Virus record (IMG/VR): IMGVR_UViG_3300035498_000413
Coordinates: 1 to 64,000 of that record
Length of the DNA stretch: 64,000 bases
Source of the DNA: an uncultured virus (IMG/VR IMGVR_UViG_3300035498_000413)
Taxonomy: Duplodnaviria > Heunggongvirae > Uroviricota > Caudoviricetes
Reading direction: 5' to 3' (one strand)
The notes beneath the pieces are model-generated. The model was not told where the DNA came from. It searched no databases and worked only from the letters and a program-made list of their open reading frames with translations. The position numbers and the translations under genes were made by a program. Of this stretch, positions 32,101 through 40,870 are shown piece after piece; position 1 is the stretch's first letter, and each line of letters starts with the position of its first letter.

Positions 32101-33026
32101 TCAACCCTAGAGCTGTAACCTCTATGAGACTCGTATTGGTATTCCCACAAATGATCTTTGCAGCATTTCGCAGTTCGTCCGTCAGAAAATTCGACAATAT
32201 AAACTTGCTTCTTTTCTGTCTGCGGGTGGGTTTTAAGTACTCTCGTAGGCTTGCCATCATCTCCAAAAAGATAATCACCTGGTTTAATTTCGTCTACACG
32301 TTTATTGCCTTCAGGAGTCGGAATAATTGTGTCATTCGGGATAGCTTTACCTACCCCCGTAGCTGCTGAACGAAGATAAAATTTTCTAAGTCTCGCGCCT
32401 CTAGTAACCGTATTAATAAGAGGCCCGTAGAGCGGGATTCCAACTTCTGGATGTTTTTCCAAATCCTGGATAAGCGCGAGAATATCATCACCAGCTTGAT
32501 AGCCTTCAGTCCCATCGTCATCAACACATCTTAGTCTAATGTCATCAATACTAGCGTCAATCATTTCAGCTATTCCCGCAAGTGAAATGTTATCTAACCA
32601 ATCTTCTTGCTGTTGCTTCTTTTTTGTATCTAACACATTAGTTGGGTCATAGAACTGACGCATATCTAAGCCAAAATTATCATACGCCCGCATAAGAGTG
32701 AATTTCTTTAATCTATTGTAGTAATAATTAAAAGTATCTTGAGTAGCTATTTGTGAAATTTTAACTAGATATTCAGGACCTTTATTCTGATGAAAGATTG
32801 CATCATATTTCGGTCTGTTGCTTAAATAATCTATAATACTATCTATTGTGACGTCATTACCACTAGAATGAATATTATAAATACTACCAAAGACAATTCT
32901 ATGAAACTCTTGTGCAAAATCTTCATCAGTAATAGTATATTTATCTGTTTCATCCAAGATAGAAGGAGTATTTAACACGCATCCAATTACCTGAATAACA
33001 GCAGTAGTATCAATGTAATCGCTCAT
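29184..33026 (-). CDS. dnaB: DnaB-like replicative helicase with an intein and a group I intron (exons 33026-30687 and 29462-29184)
   Basis: Walker A AATGVGK|T split by the intein; DYIH and TQLN motifs; splicing restores AKSIAD|KIDVG; YKNRRG arginine finger. Confidence 0.92.
29463..30686 (-). mobile_element. Group I intron in dnaB
   Basis: Exon ends in GAT, terminal G at 29463, S element at 29493-29503, and CAACGACTA and AATCAGCAG core motifs. Confidence 0.88.
29786..30592 (-). CDS. Intron-encoded LAGLIDADG homing endonuclease
   Basis: N-terminal HTH; YWLGFIAADG and FILGYFDGDG motifs. Confidence 0.9.
   Translation of the reverse strand: MKKVVFNDEQLKDIINKYQNQKMSMKDIGKEYGVSRTVITRVLKENNIENNDRHKYEADYSKFHHIDTPEKAYWLGFIAADGCVYKRSTNGSVILNLSRKDRDHLVKFKNFMNSNVEINDFIQDCGFSNNTPMSKITFNSKNMVEDFIAHGVGQKKSLVLKPPIIEEEFYLPFILGYFDGDGSIYKTKQYNNYAINIVGTKEILEWINSILDISSHLEKRNDDDKNNYYIRCGGTEKPYKILTKLYNSCSEHLDRKYQIYKELETVVS
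31263..32345 (-). mobile_element. Ala-1 (class 3-type) intein, 361 aa, LAGLIDADG, in DnaB Walker A
   Basis: GVGK|AIPNDT...DHLW...GLMLGDG...GLMDTDG...MTCFTV...FIVTHN|TRT. Confidence 0.9.
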
Positions 33027-33027
33027 T

Positions 33028-33546
33028 TCACTCCTCCTCTAGGAAAGAAAAAGAATTATTTCTCCGTTTCATTATTTCTCGCTCAGGAGAAGATATATGA
33101 ATGGTCTTAGTCGGAAGTATATATTCATCTAAATCTATACTATCATTCTGCTGTTGCGCGAGCCATATAGAGTAGTAATATCTAGCTGCATCGTCGTATT
33201 GATATGGGATAATTCCTACTCTGCCTTCTGCTTTAGATAAATCGCCATGTTTAATCTCATAATGATAAACTAAAGTTTTAAGCATCCCAGAATAAGTATA
33301 ATGATATTCTTTAGCATATTGCTTAATTTGCTTTGTTACTACCGCTGGAATAGTTTCATATCCGAATAGTTGCTTAATATAACTATACAAATTCTCAAGA
33401 TCTTGCTCTTCTGGAGTTTTAATCTTTACACCCTTTTCCGCACAAGCTTTATGGGCATATCTATTCGATCTAACCTTAACAAATTCAACTTCATTAGCAT
33501 CAAATGGTTCTTGGCAATAATAACATTTTAACATTCTTTTGGCCAT
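33028..33546 (-). CDS. Zn-finger protein, possible helicase-loader accessory
   Basis: CxxC...HxxC N-terminus; directly upstream of dnaB. Confidence 0.6.
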   Translation of the reverse strand: MAKRMLKCYYCQEPFDANEVEFVKVRSNRYAHKACAEKGVKIKTPEEQDLENLYSYIKQLFGYETIPAVVTKQIKQYAKEYHYTYSGMLKTLVYHYEIKHGDLSKAEGRVGIIPYQYDDAARYYYSIWLAQQQNDSIDLDEYILPTKTIHISSPEREIMKRRNNSFSFLEEE

Positions 33547-33636
33547 ACATATTCCTCCTTTCCATTTAATTTATATAAATATTATATCATATTATAATAA
33601 GAAAAGCAAGAGCTTCAAAGCCCTTGCTTTCTCATT

Positions 33637-35763
33637 TTATTCAACCATATCTTTCATATCCAAAAGAATCAGCTCTAACTGTTCACACTGAGAAGGAGTA
33701 CAATCTCCAACTTTCTTGCCTTTACCAAGATATTTCTCAACAAGAGCAGTAATCTTCATTGCATTAGACTGATTCTGCTCCATAAGCGTACCAACGAGGT
33801 TTTGGAACTCACTCATCATGCCTTCAAAGTCATATTCCTTAGCAGCGGTAATCTGCTGTTTTTCATTAGTAACATACTTACCATCAGTCATTTCTGCTTC
33901 TTTGTCAATAGCCTTGTTAAGAGCGGAAACGAGAGCTTCGTAAGAAAAGTCAATCTCGGGTTCAATATACTTAAAGCGGCAACCGCACCGAATACTATTA
34001 TCAGGAGAGCGAAGAGTAAGTACCATGCGAGATGTACCATCTGCTAGCATCTTAGGGTGTGCATAAGCAATAATATCGCTCATATTTTCGATGATAGAAA
34101 GTGCAGAACTCTGAATAGAGGAACCAATCTGCTGATATTCAGCTCCGTTCTGCGGCTTAACTGTCTTTTCCTTGTCATGGGACAAAAACACGATTGCATA
34201 TCCCATTTGAGCCAGAGATCTAAAAGTGTCTTCAAACTCCTTTTTATATTTACTCCAGCCATTATTAGTCCATCCGCCATCTCCGATATTGTCAATTCCA
34301 AGCTGATTACAAATATACTTCTGACACATATCAGCAGCAATATCAGCGGTATCCACAATAACACTCTGGAAAGTTTCTTTAACTTCTGGCTTCTTCAACT
34401 CTCGCAAGACTTGCTTCATCTCGCCCCAAGATGTAATGTCTTGAGCCATCGCGCCCGGTATTGCGTTATCTTTACTACTTATAGTTTCCTATAAGAATAG
34501 ACTATATCTTTCTTCTTTTTTAAAGAAGCGAACCACTTCGATTTAAGGGGTTCTCACCCACCATTAAGGCCCTACTCCTATAGACGTATTTCACGTCGCC
34601 ATTTGGATAGTCGTTGAGCGTTCTTCCAAATTGGAAGCTTCGTTGCGGATTGCCCAATCTTTAATGATTTTACCATACCTTAGTCGTTACCCTCGCCGCT
34701 ATCTATATTACTATGATAGTTTGGTTATTAAAGCTCTAAGGGGTTTCCCGCAGTTCAATTCTTGGCGTTAATACAAATCACTTTGTATTACGGACTGTAA
34801 ACGCATTTTCAAATTTATCTAATTTTCTTTTTAAACAAAACTTTTTAGTATCAGAATCATAAGCTTTACTAAGCCATTCATCTGTTTTTCCTTCTGTATA
34901 TTCAACTTTATAAGTATTATTTGTACATCTGTGTTCTTGGCGAATAGAATTATTATATCCCAAAAATTCATTAATTTTAGAAATTACTTCATAAGTTCCT
35001 GTAAAATATGTTTTATATCTTTTAGTATCTTCTGAATAAGTAATCCCGCCATCTCCATCATAATATCCTAGAATCCAATAAAGTTGTAAATCTTTAGGTA
35101 CTTTTTCTTCTGTAGGATATTCTAAGTCTAAACTTTTATTTTGATGACAACCTAAAACTACTAAATCTTTTACCATTTTAGCACTATTAAGATGAACATA
35201 AACATTTGGAAATTTACCCTTTTGCGAAGCACTATGAGTTACTTTTTTATTAGAGCCAACAGCTTTTAAGAATTTTTCTAAATGCTCTTCGTCTTGAGGC
35301 TGCAAAGTAATATCTACTCGACCCCTATCTTCGCTAATTGAGCCATCCGCTGATAAAAATCTTAACCAATAAGCTTTTTCTTTAGTATCTATTTTTTTAA
35401 AATATGATTCATTTAAAGAAAATTTTCTTCTATTATCTTTTTGAATACCATATTTTTTACCTAAAGTACTTAAAGTATCAGGATTTATATCAAATTCTTT
35501 TGCTATAGTTTTATAGCTTTCTCCTTTCTCCAAATGCTTTTGAAGGTAATCCTTTCCAAGTTCTGTTAAAGAATATTTGTTTTTATAAGAAGAAACATAA
35601 GCGTTATTCATAATCCTCTTTCGAAAGCTAGGAGAAGATGACCTGGCATTTGAGTGCCGAAGGTCGTCTTTCCGCTTTTTGCAGGGCCAAATAAAAAAGT
35701 AATATAGCCGCTCAGATCTCGAGAAACCTTATGAGGCTGAACATTAAGAAGATTAATAGCCAT
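33637..35763 (-). CDS. AAA_24/Sak4-like recombination ATPase split by a group I intron (exons 35763-35613 and 34469-33637)
   Basis: Exon 1 has GPAKSGKTT; splicing restores LAFERG-Y-NAIPG; VIVDT Walker B and FLSH motifs. Confidence 0.85.
34470..35612 (-). mobile_element. Group I intron in the recombinase gene
   Basis: Exon ends in GGAT, terminal G at 34470, S element at 34500-34510, and GAACTGCGGGAA and CAACGACTA core motifs. Confidence 0.88.
34778..35611 (-). CDS. Intron-encoded LAGLIDADG homing endonuclease
   Basis: YWLRFLSADG and WILGYYDGDG motifs. Confidence 0.85.
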   Translation of the reverse strand: MNNAYVSSYKNKYSLTELGKDYLQKHLEKGESYKTIAKEFDINPDTLSTLGKKYGIQKDNRRKFSLNESYFKKIDTKEKAYWLRFLSADGSISEDRGRVDITLQPQDEEHLEKFLKAVGSNKKVTHSASQKGKFPNVYVHLNSAKMVKDLVVLGCHQNKSLDLEYPTEEKVPKDLQLYWILGYYDGDGGITYSEDTKRYKTYFTGTYEVISKINEFLGYNNSIRQEHRCTNNTYKVEYTEGKTDEWLSKAYDSDTKKFCLKRKLDKFENAFTVRNTK

Positions 35764-35775
35764 TATTCAGCCTCC

Positions 35776-36693
35776 TTAGAAATTGTATTCGTTCTTATTT
35801 ACAGTAAATGCACTAGCACTATTCTGCGAATTTCTCCAATCTTCAGTCCGCTTCTTTTCTGCGGCAAGGTCAATCTCTCTCTTAGTAATCTTCTCCTGCA
35901 GCTCCACAGCAGTAATGGTACTCTCGTCATCCCAGATATAGGGTTCAGGCTGCGCCCAATTAATTACATAATCCTTATAAGAAGAAACGACCTCGCGCAC
36001 ACTAGGTTCACCGAAGGCAGATTCCTCTTCAATAGTACGAGTAGTAGTCTGAGAAATTTCAACACCCTTAACCCGAGTAAACACAGGATTCCCAGTAGAA
36101 GGCTCAAGACTCTCGAAATAGTCAATAGCTCTAGGATTCAGGACACTAAGTTCACAAGGAAGAATGTCACCACGCCAATTAAAGACTGCACCCTTCACGA
36201 TACCCTTCTCAGGTAGATTCTTGCTCTCATCGGCTTCCTTTCGAGTAAAACCATTGATAATAATATCTGCTTCAAACTCAGACCGCTTCTTGACATCAGA
36301 CTTGAGTTCACTAGGATTAATCAGATGAATAAAGCCACCCTCATTTCTCTTAGTGGAAACAAACTCATTATCTCTAGTATAGAAATCATTCAATGCAATA
36401 TTGGTATTGACTCTCAGACAAGTGAGATTCTCCTTACCATCCTTCATCACATAAGGATACTGACCGGAAACAATACCATCAAGAATCGAGAAATTGTTAT
36501 TAGAACTATCAATGTAAGAGAAGTAAACACTAATAACATTCATAAAGGTTTCATCAGTAGCAATGCTAATAGTACCTCTAATATAGTCGGTTCCGGGCTT
36601 CTTAGAGTTAGGACCAGTAACCTTCTTTTCAAGCTTATGCTCATAGAGATAACCTTCAATATAAACACTATTTACAAACTTATTCTTAGCCAT
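35776..36693 (-). CDS. Putative single-stranded DNA-binding protein
   Basis: NSVYIEGYL OB-fold-like start, aromatic C-terminus (NEYNF), next to the recombinase. Confidence 0.6.
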   Translation of the reverse strand: MAKNKFVNSVYIEGYLYEHKLEKKVTGPNSKKPGTDYIRGTISIATDETFMNVISVYFSYIDSSNNNFSILDGIVSGQYPYVMKDGKENLTCLRVNTNIALNDFYTRDNEFVSTKRNEGGFIHLINPSELKSDVKKRSEFEADIIINGFTRKEADESKNLPEKGIVKGAVFNWRGDILPCELSVLNPRAIDYFESLEPSTGNPVFTRVKGVEISQTTTRTIEEESAFGEPSVREVVSSYKDYVINWAQPEPYIWDDESTITAVELQEKITKREIDLAAEKKRTEDWRNSQNSASAFTVNKNEYNF

Positions 36694-36743
36694 ATTTCTT
36701 TTTCTCCTTAATCTTTTTAATTATTATATCATTTATTTATTTT

Positions 36744-38054
36744 TTAATCAATTATAAATTGTTTCGCATAAGGAACTTCTGTAGCAATAGTATCATAGAA
36801 ATACTTCCATTCACTTAGCTTATGCCCCTTGCGTTGATGGCAAATATTCCTTAGAACCTCGTAATTTGCTGACCAAGTTCTCGTCTGCAACCAACTTTCA
36901 GGCAACATAGCAATGATACTTTTCCATACCTCTTTATCTTTAGTTTCTAAATATTCATCTCTAAGTAAATTTAATTTATCAATAATTTTTAAAAAATCAT
37001 CATATTCATTAATATAATGTTCTCCATAATCATAATCTCCATTGACTAAAGAATTTATTGTAGTATGCGAAACATTATATTCTTTTGCTATTGCCCTGCG
37101 GCTAATTCTTTCAGTAGATAGTCTAAATAAAATTTCTTCTCTTTGTTCTTTCGTTAATTTTCCTTTATAAGTATATGTTTTCGCAGGTTGAAGTCCATTT
37201 TTAGATCTATCAATACAATTTTCTTTAGGAGTTACCCATTCAAGATTTGATACTATATTATTTAATTTATTTCCATCTTTATGATTAACTTGAGTTTTTT
37301 CTTCTGGATTATCGTTATTTAAAAAAGTTTCAGCAACTAAAACATGAACTCTTCTATTTTTAAGTTTCCCATCAGTTTTATCGGTATTTACTCCCACGTA
37401 AGCATATCCATCCGCGCTATATTGCCATTTTAAAATAACTTCTGGTAAAGTATGATTATTATTAGTAGTATAAGACTTTCTTTTAATTCTTCCTTGGTTA
37501 CTTACTTCATATAGTCTCCCATATGGGTAATCTTTCCATATTTCTTCATTCTCATTATATACAATTTCTTGTGGAATATATTTTTTATAACCACGTAACC
37601 CAGATAGTTCAAACATATCAGGAGTAAATTCTTTTTCTAATAGTTTGTGCATTGTCGAAGTACTATTCGACGTTGTACCGAGCTTATAGGTGTCCATTTC
37701 CTTCCAGAAATAAATCGGTGCTGTAATATCCATAGATACATTAATCTGTCTAAGGAACTTGCGGTGCTCACTTCCAGATTTTACCAATCGGCACGCCAAA
37801 TCCATGTCGTTAGGCCCAATGAAATAACCTAAATCATAAACCTCACTCTCAAGAGAACCATTTCTCTTAAACTCTTCAAAAGTAAAATCAGGATTTTCAT
37901 ATAAATCATAAATTCTTTTTACTTTAGAATTAAACGATTTCATATAAAAATCTACAATATAAGCTGAGTCACTACGATCCCAGGAGTTCATAGGATTCCT
38001 CATACCTCGAATTGCTGCTTCAAAACCATCTGCATAAATATTTTCAATTTCCAT
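36744..38054 (-). CDS. ThyX-like protein carrying an in-frame NUMOD4-HNH endonuclease insertion
   Basis: AIRGMRNP, HRKFLRQI, EMDTYK, STMHK ... LPESW, NYEVLRNI, QRKGHKLSEW flank EIWK...YEVSNQGRIK and VNHKDGNKLNN. Confidence 0.7.
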   Translation of the reverse strand: MEIENIYADGFEAAIRGMRNPMNSWDRSDSAYIVDFYMKSFNSKVKRIYDLYENPDFTFEEFKRNGSLESEVYDLGYFIGPNDMDLACRLVKSGSEHRKFLRQINVSMDITAPIYFWKEMDTYKLGTTSNSTSTMHKLLEKEFTPDMFELSGLRGYKKYIPQEIVYNENEEIWKDYPYGRLYEVSNQGRIKRKSYTTNNNHTLPEVILKWQYSADGYAYVGVNTDKTDGKLKNRRVHVLVAETFLNNDNPEEKTQVNHKDGNKLNNIVSNLEWVTPKENCIDRSKNGLQPAKTYTYKGKLTKEQREEILFRLSTERISRRAIAKEYNVSHTTINSLVNGDYDYGEHYINEYDDFLKIIDKLNLLRDEYLETKDKEVWKSIIAMLPESWLQTRTWSANYEVLRNICHQRKGHKLSEWKYFYDTIATEVPYAKQFIID

Positions 38055-39034
38055 TAACTACCGCCTTTATTTCCATTGAATCCAAAATCTTGAGTTCTAT
38101 AGAAATCAATCCAATAGACTTCTCGTTCATTCAATTTCGTTCTAGGTACTTCTTCTAGTATTTCAAAAGTAAAATTATGAACGCCATATTCCTTCATGCC
38201 CTTATATAGTTTATTCTAAGTAGACTCATGAGATAAAGCAGACTTGATATGTTGCCGCCAGCGTTCTCGTATATCCACACTTTGACCTATATAAGCTTTA
38301 TCGGTATCTAAGCAAGTAATTTTATAAATTCCACAAACCTTGCTGGTTCCTTCAAACAAATGTGAAGAAAGAACGTCAAAAGCAGGTTTATAATAAATAT
38401 CCCATAAAATTTTATCTATAGCTTCTTTGCGCGAGAAGGTAGATTGAAAGTTCCTCAAAGCTTGCACATCCGCAATTTCCGCATCAGAGATACATAAACG
38501 ATAATAATCTTTCTTACGAAGCATTTCTTCTTTTCTCTATTGCTCCTAGAGGTATGTATCCTACTTTGCCCGCAATTCCGCTAACTTAGATTCCTCTTCT
38601 TTTATAGAATTCTAAATAGAAGTTTGTTTTAATGAGATTTCATCTTTAAAACTCTCTAGCTTTGATCTTAATTCATCCCGGTAATCTTCATATTCTCTTT
38701 GTAATTTTTCTTTCTCAGCTTGACCTGCTATTCTTAGACGTTCAGCTTGGTCATTTACTAAATCCTTCTGTTGCTTTTCAGAGTGTATAATCTAATCAGA
38801 AATATATAGTAAAGAATCTTGTTTATCTTTTAATTCACTTTTTACTTTTGAAGTTTCTAAAGTTAAATTTTCTATTGTATTTTTTAAGTCATTTGCTGTC
38901 TATTCTAATTGTTTATTTTCTTCTGCCTACTTCGCATTGAATTTAACAGTTTTTTTAACATCCTACTTTAAACTATAGGCATAAACTGCTAAAAAACAAA
39001 ATGCAAAAGCAAGAATACAAGCTACAATATCCAT
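38054..39034 (-). CDS. Membrane-anchored coiled-coil protein with C-terminal GIY-YIG nuclease domain, 9 TAG=Gln
   Basis: N-terminal TM helix (IVACILAFAFCFLAVYAY), long coiled coil, CGIYKIT...AYIGQS...RWRQH...EREVYWI. Its TAA overlaps the next ATG. Confidence 0.75.
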
Positions 39035-39094
39035 ATTTTATTTTAGATAAGGAGAGAATGAAACTAAGCCATTCTCTCCTTACTATCTCCTTTA

Positions 39095-39358
39095 TTAGCC
39101 CTCAGAGTTCACATCATAGTTCATGCCAGCCTCATTCAGCCGCAGGAACTTAACACGCTTATGAGTACCATCAGGCAGCTCAACCTCGCACTCCTCACGG
39201 TAGCCCATCTTCTTATTCTGCAGAGAAGAAGTAAAAGCACCATTCACCTGCTTAGTAGTCAGACCCAGAGCATCTGCAATATCGGCTGCCACCAGATCCT
39301 TATCTGCATTAGCCTGCAGAATACTAATAACCTTCTTGCTATTCTCAGAAATTGCCAT
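39095..39358 (-). CDS. Small winged-HTH-like DNA-binding protein
   Basis: AADIADALGLTTKQVNG HTH-like segment and LNEAG end. Confidence 0.65.
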   Translation of the reverse strand: MAISENSKKVISILQANADKDLVAADIADALGLTTKQVNGAFTSSLQNKKMGYREECEVELPDGTHKRVKFLRLNEAGMNYDVNSEG

Positions 39359-39376
39359 GTTAATTTTCTCCTTTTA

Positions 39377-39577
39377 TTAATTATATTTTTTACTTATTAG
39401 GTAATCGACTTCATCTAGTAATTCTAATCCATTAGGTAGACACATCAGCATATTAGTTATTTGTGACATTCGTTTTTCTGCTCTTGCTTTCTACTCATGG
39501 GTAGATTCTTCATCATTATAGACTTTGTCTAGCTAGATGATTTCATCCGCGATTTTGCGGAGTTGTTTCTTAGTCAT
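39377..39577 (-). CDS. Hypothetical protein with two TAGs
   Basis: MTKKQLRKIADEII(Q)LD..., downstream of TTGAAA-N17-TATAAT. Confidence 0.55.
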
Positions 39578-39617
39578 CTCTTAACCTTTCTGTAATTATT
39601 ATAATATATATTTTTTA

Positions 39618-39761
39618 TTATTTCAATTCAAAGTATAAACAGGATTCATAAGGACAAGTGAAGTCTGCGCAATGCTCACTGTCTGCGTTACAACAAACTT
39701 GTTCCTCTGCGGCCCACCATCTACACTTTTCACAATAAATTATATCATTTTTATTTTCCAT
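39618..39761 (-). CDS. Small Cys-rich protein (47 aa)
   Basis: MENKNDIIYCEKCRWW...CCNADSEHCADFTCPYESC; starts 2 nt after the ligase stop. Confidence 0.55.
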   Translation of the reverse strand: MENKNDIIYCEKCRWWAAEEQVCCNADSEHCADFTCPYESCLYFELK

Positions 39762-39763
39762 AT

Positions 39764-40861
39764 TCAACTAAACACTTCTTCTAAGATACACTCTTGCGGA
39801 TTCTTATCTGGCCTAGGACCTACATACACCGGATGCCGCAGAGTATGTTCCTTCTTATCAATACTCATGCAAGAAAAGTTAAATACATGATTGATAAAAC
39901 TCTCAGGATAAAAAGTCATTTGAGCACGATCATCATCTGTAAAACCAGAAGATACAGTACCAATTTTAACTAGACTACCATTATGGTATGCGCCAATCTC
40001 CATAGAGGTAATTACGCCTAAATAATATGGCTTAGTAATCGGTTCCCATCCTTCTTCACCATATTTATTTTCGTTAATTAACTCTTCACCCCTAGCCCAA
40101 TAAGGCCATGTTTCTAATTCTTTGCCGGTATATTCTTTAGTTGGCTTGCATAGTCCTGTACAGACTAAATCAATAGTATCTACAGTTTTTACTTTGATAC
40201 TACTCCAAGCTGGGCGCCTTCCGGCAGTATATACCGCGTCCTTCTTTTTAAGAACAATACCCTCTCCGCCAGAAGCTAGAATATTAGCAAGAATAGCTTG
40301 AAAATCTTTATCCTTTTTCTCGGCCAGCCGCAAGAAATCATAAGAATCAAGATTATATTCTTTCCACAAAGAAGCTAAAATGTTATATCTATTTTCTGCC
40401 CCAATTCCAGTTAAATCTTCTCCATTACAAAAAATAATATCATGGACATAATAATGAATAGGATTATCCTTCTGTCTTTCTATTGCTTTCTTCGGCAAAC
40501 AACCCATAATACTGGTTACATTCTTGGATGTCCCGCCCGGATAGTAGATTTCACCAATCAGAACAGTAGAAGAAGGTAATACAGAAAGCGCTTCTCTAAT
40601 ATGCGGTACATTATCTAGTTTTTCAGTAAGTAACCCAGTAGTTTTGCTAATAGTTCTACCGAATAGATATGCTCCATTTTCAACTTTTACAAATTGATAT
40701 AAAGCACCATCAATCTTTTCTGTAAGAAAGTATTCTCCAGATTCGCAAACTTTTTCAAACATATCTTCTTTGCCCGAAGGCAGCTTCCAAATGAGCTGCG
40801 CCTCGAGCATAAGATCTTCTGCACCTGGATATAATTCTGCAATCTTTTCTTTATCGAGCAT
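39764..40861 (-). CDS. ATP-dependent DNA ligase
   Basis: EKIDG motif I, GEIY, EGIVLK, KVK, VSSG and LRHP motifs. Confidence 0.9.
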   Translation of the reverse strand: MLDKEKIAELYPGAEDLMLEAQLIWKLPSGKEDMFEKVCESGEYFLTEKIDGALYQFVKVENGAYLFGRTISKTTGLLTEKLDNVPHIREALSVLPSSTVLIGEIYYPGGTSKNVTSIMGCLPKKAIERQKDNPIHYYVHDIIFCNGEDLTGIGAENRYNILASLWKEYNLDSYDFLRLAEKKDKDFQAILANILASGGEGIVLKKKDAVYTAGRRPAWSSIKVKTVDTIDLVCTGLCKPTKEYTGKELETWPYWARGEELINENKYGEEGWEPITKPYYLGVITSMEIGAYHNGSLVKIGTVSSGFTDDDRAQMTFYPESFINHVFNFSCMSIDKKEHTLRHPVYVGPRPDKNPQECILEEVFS

Positions 40862-40870
40862 AATGCCTCC

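Noticed and set aside
37005..37605. HNH insertion in the ThyX-like gene as an intein or group I intron
   Set aside because: No intein terminal motifs, no group I core sequences, and no non-coding flanks.
39049..39081. Hairpin AAGGAGAGAATG/CATTCTCTCCTT as a riboswitch
   Set aside because: A single stem with no aptamer motif; more likely a terminator or processing stem.
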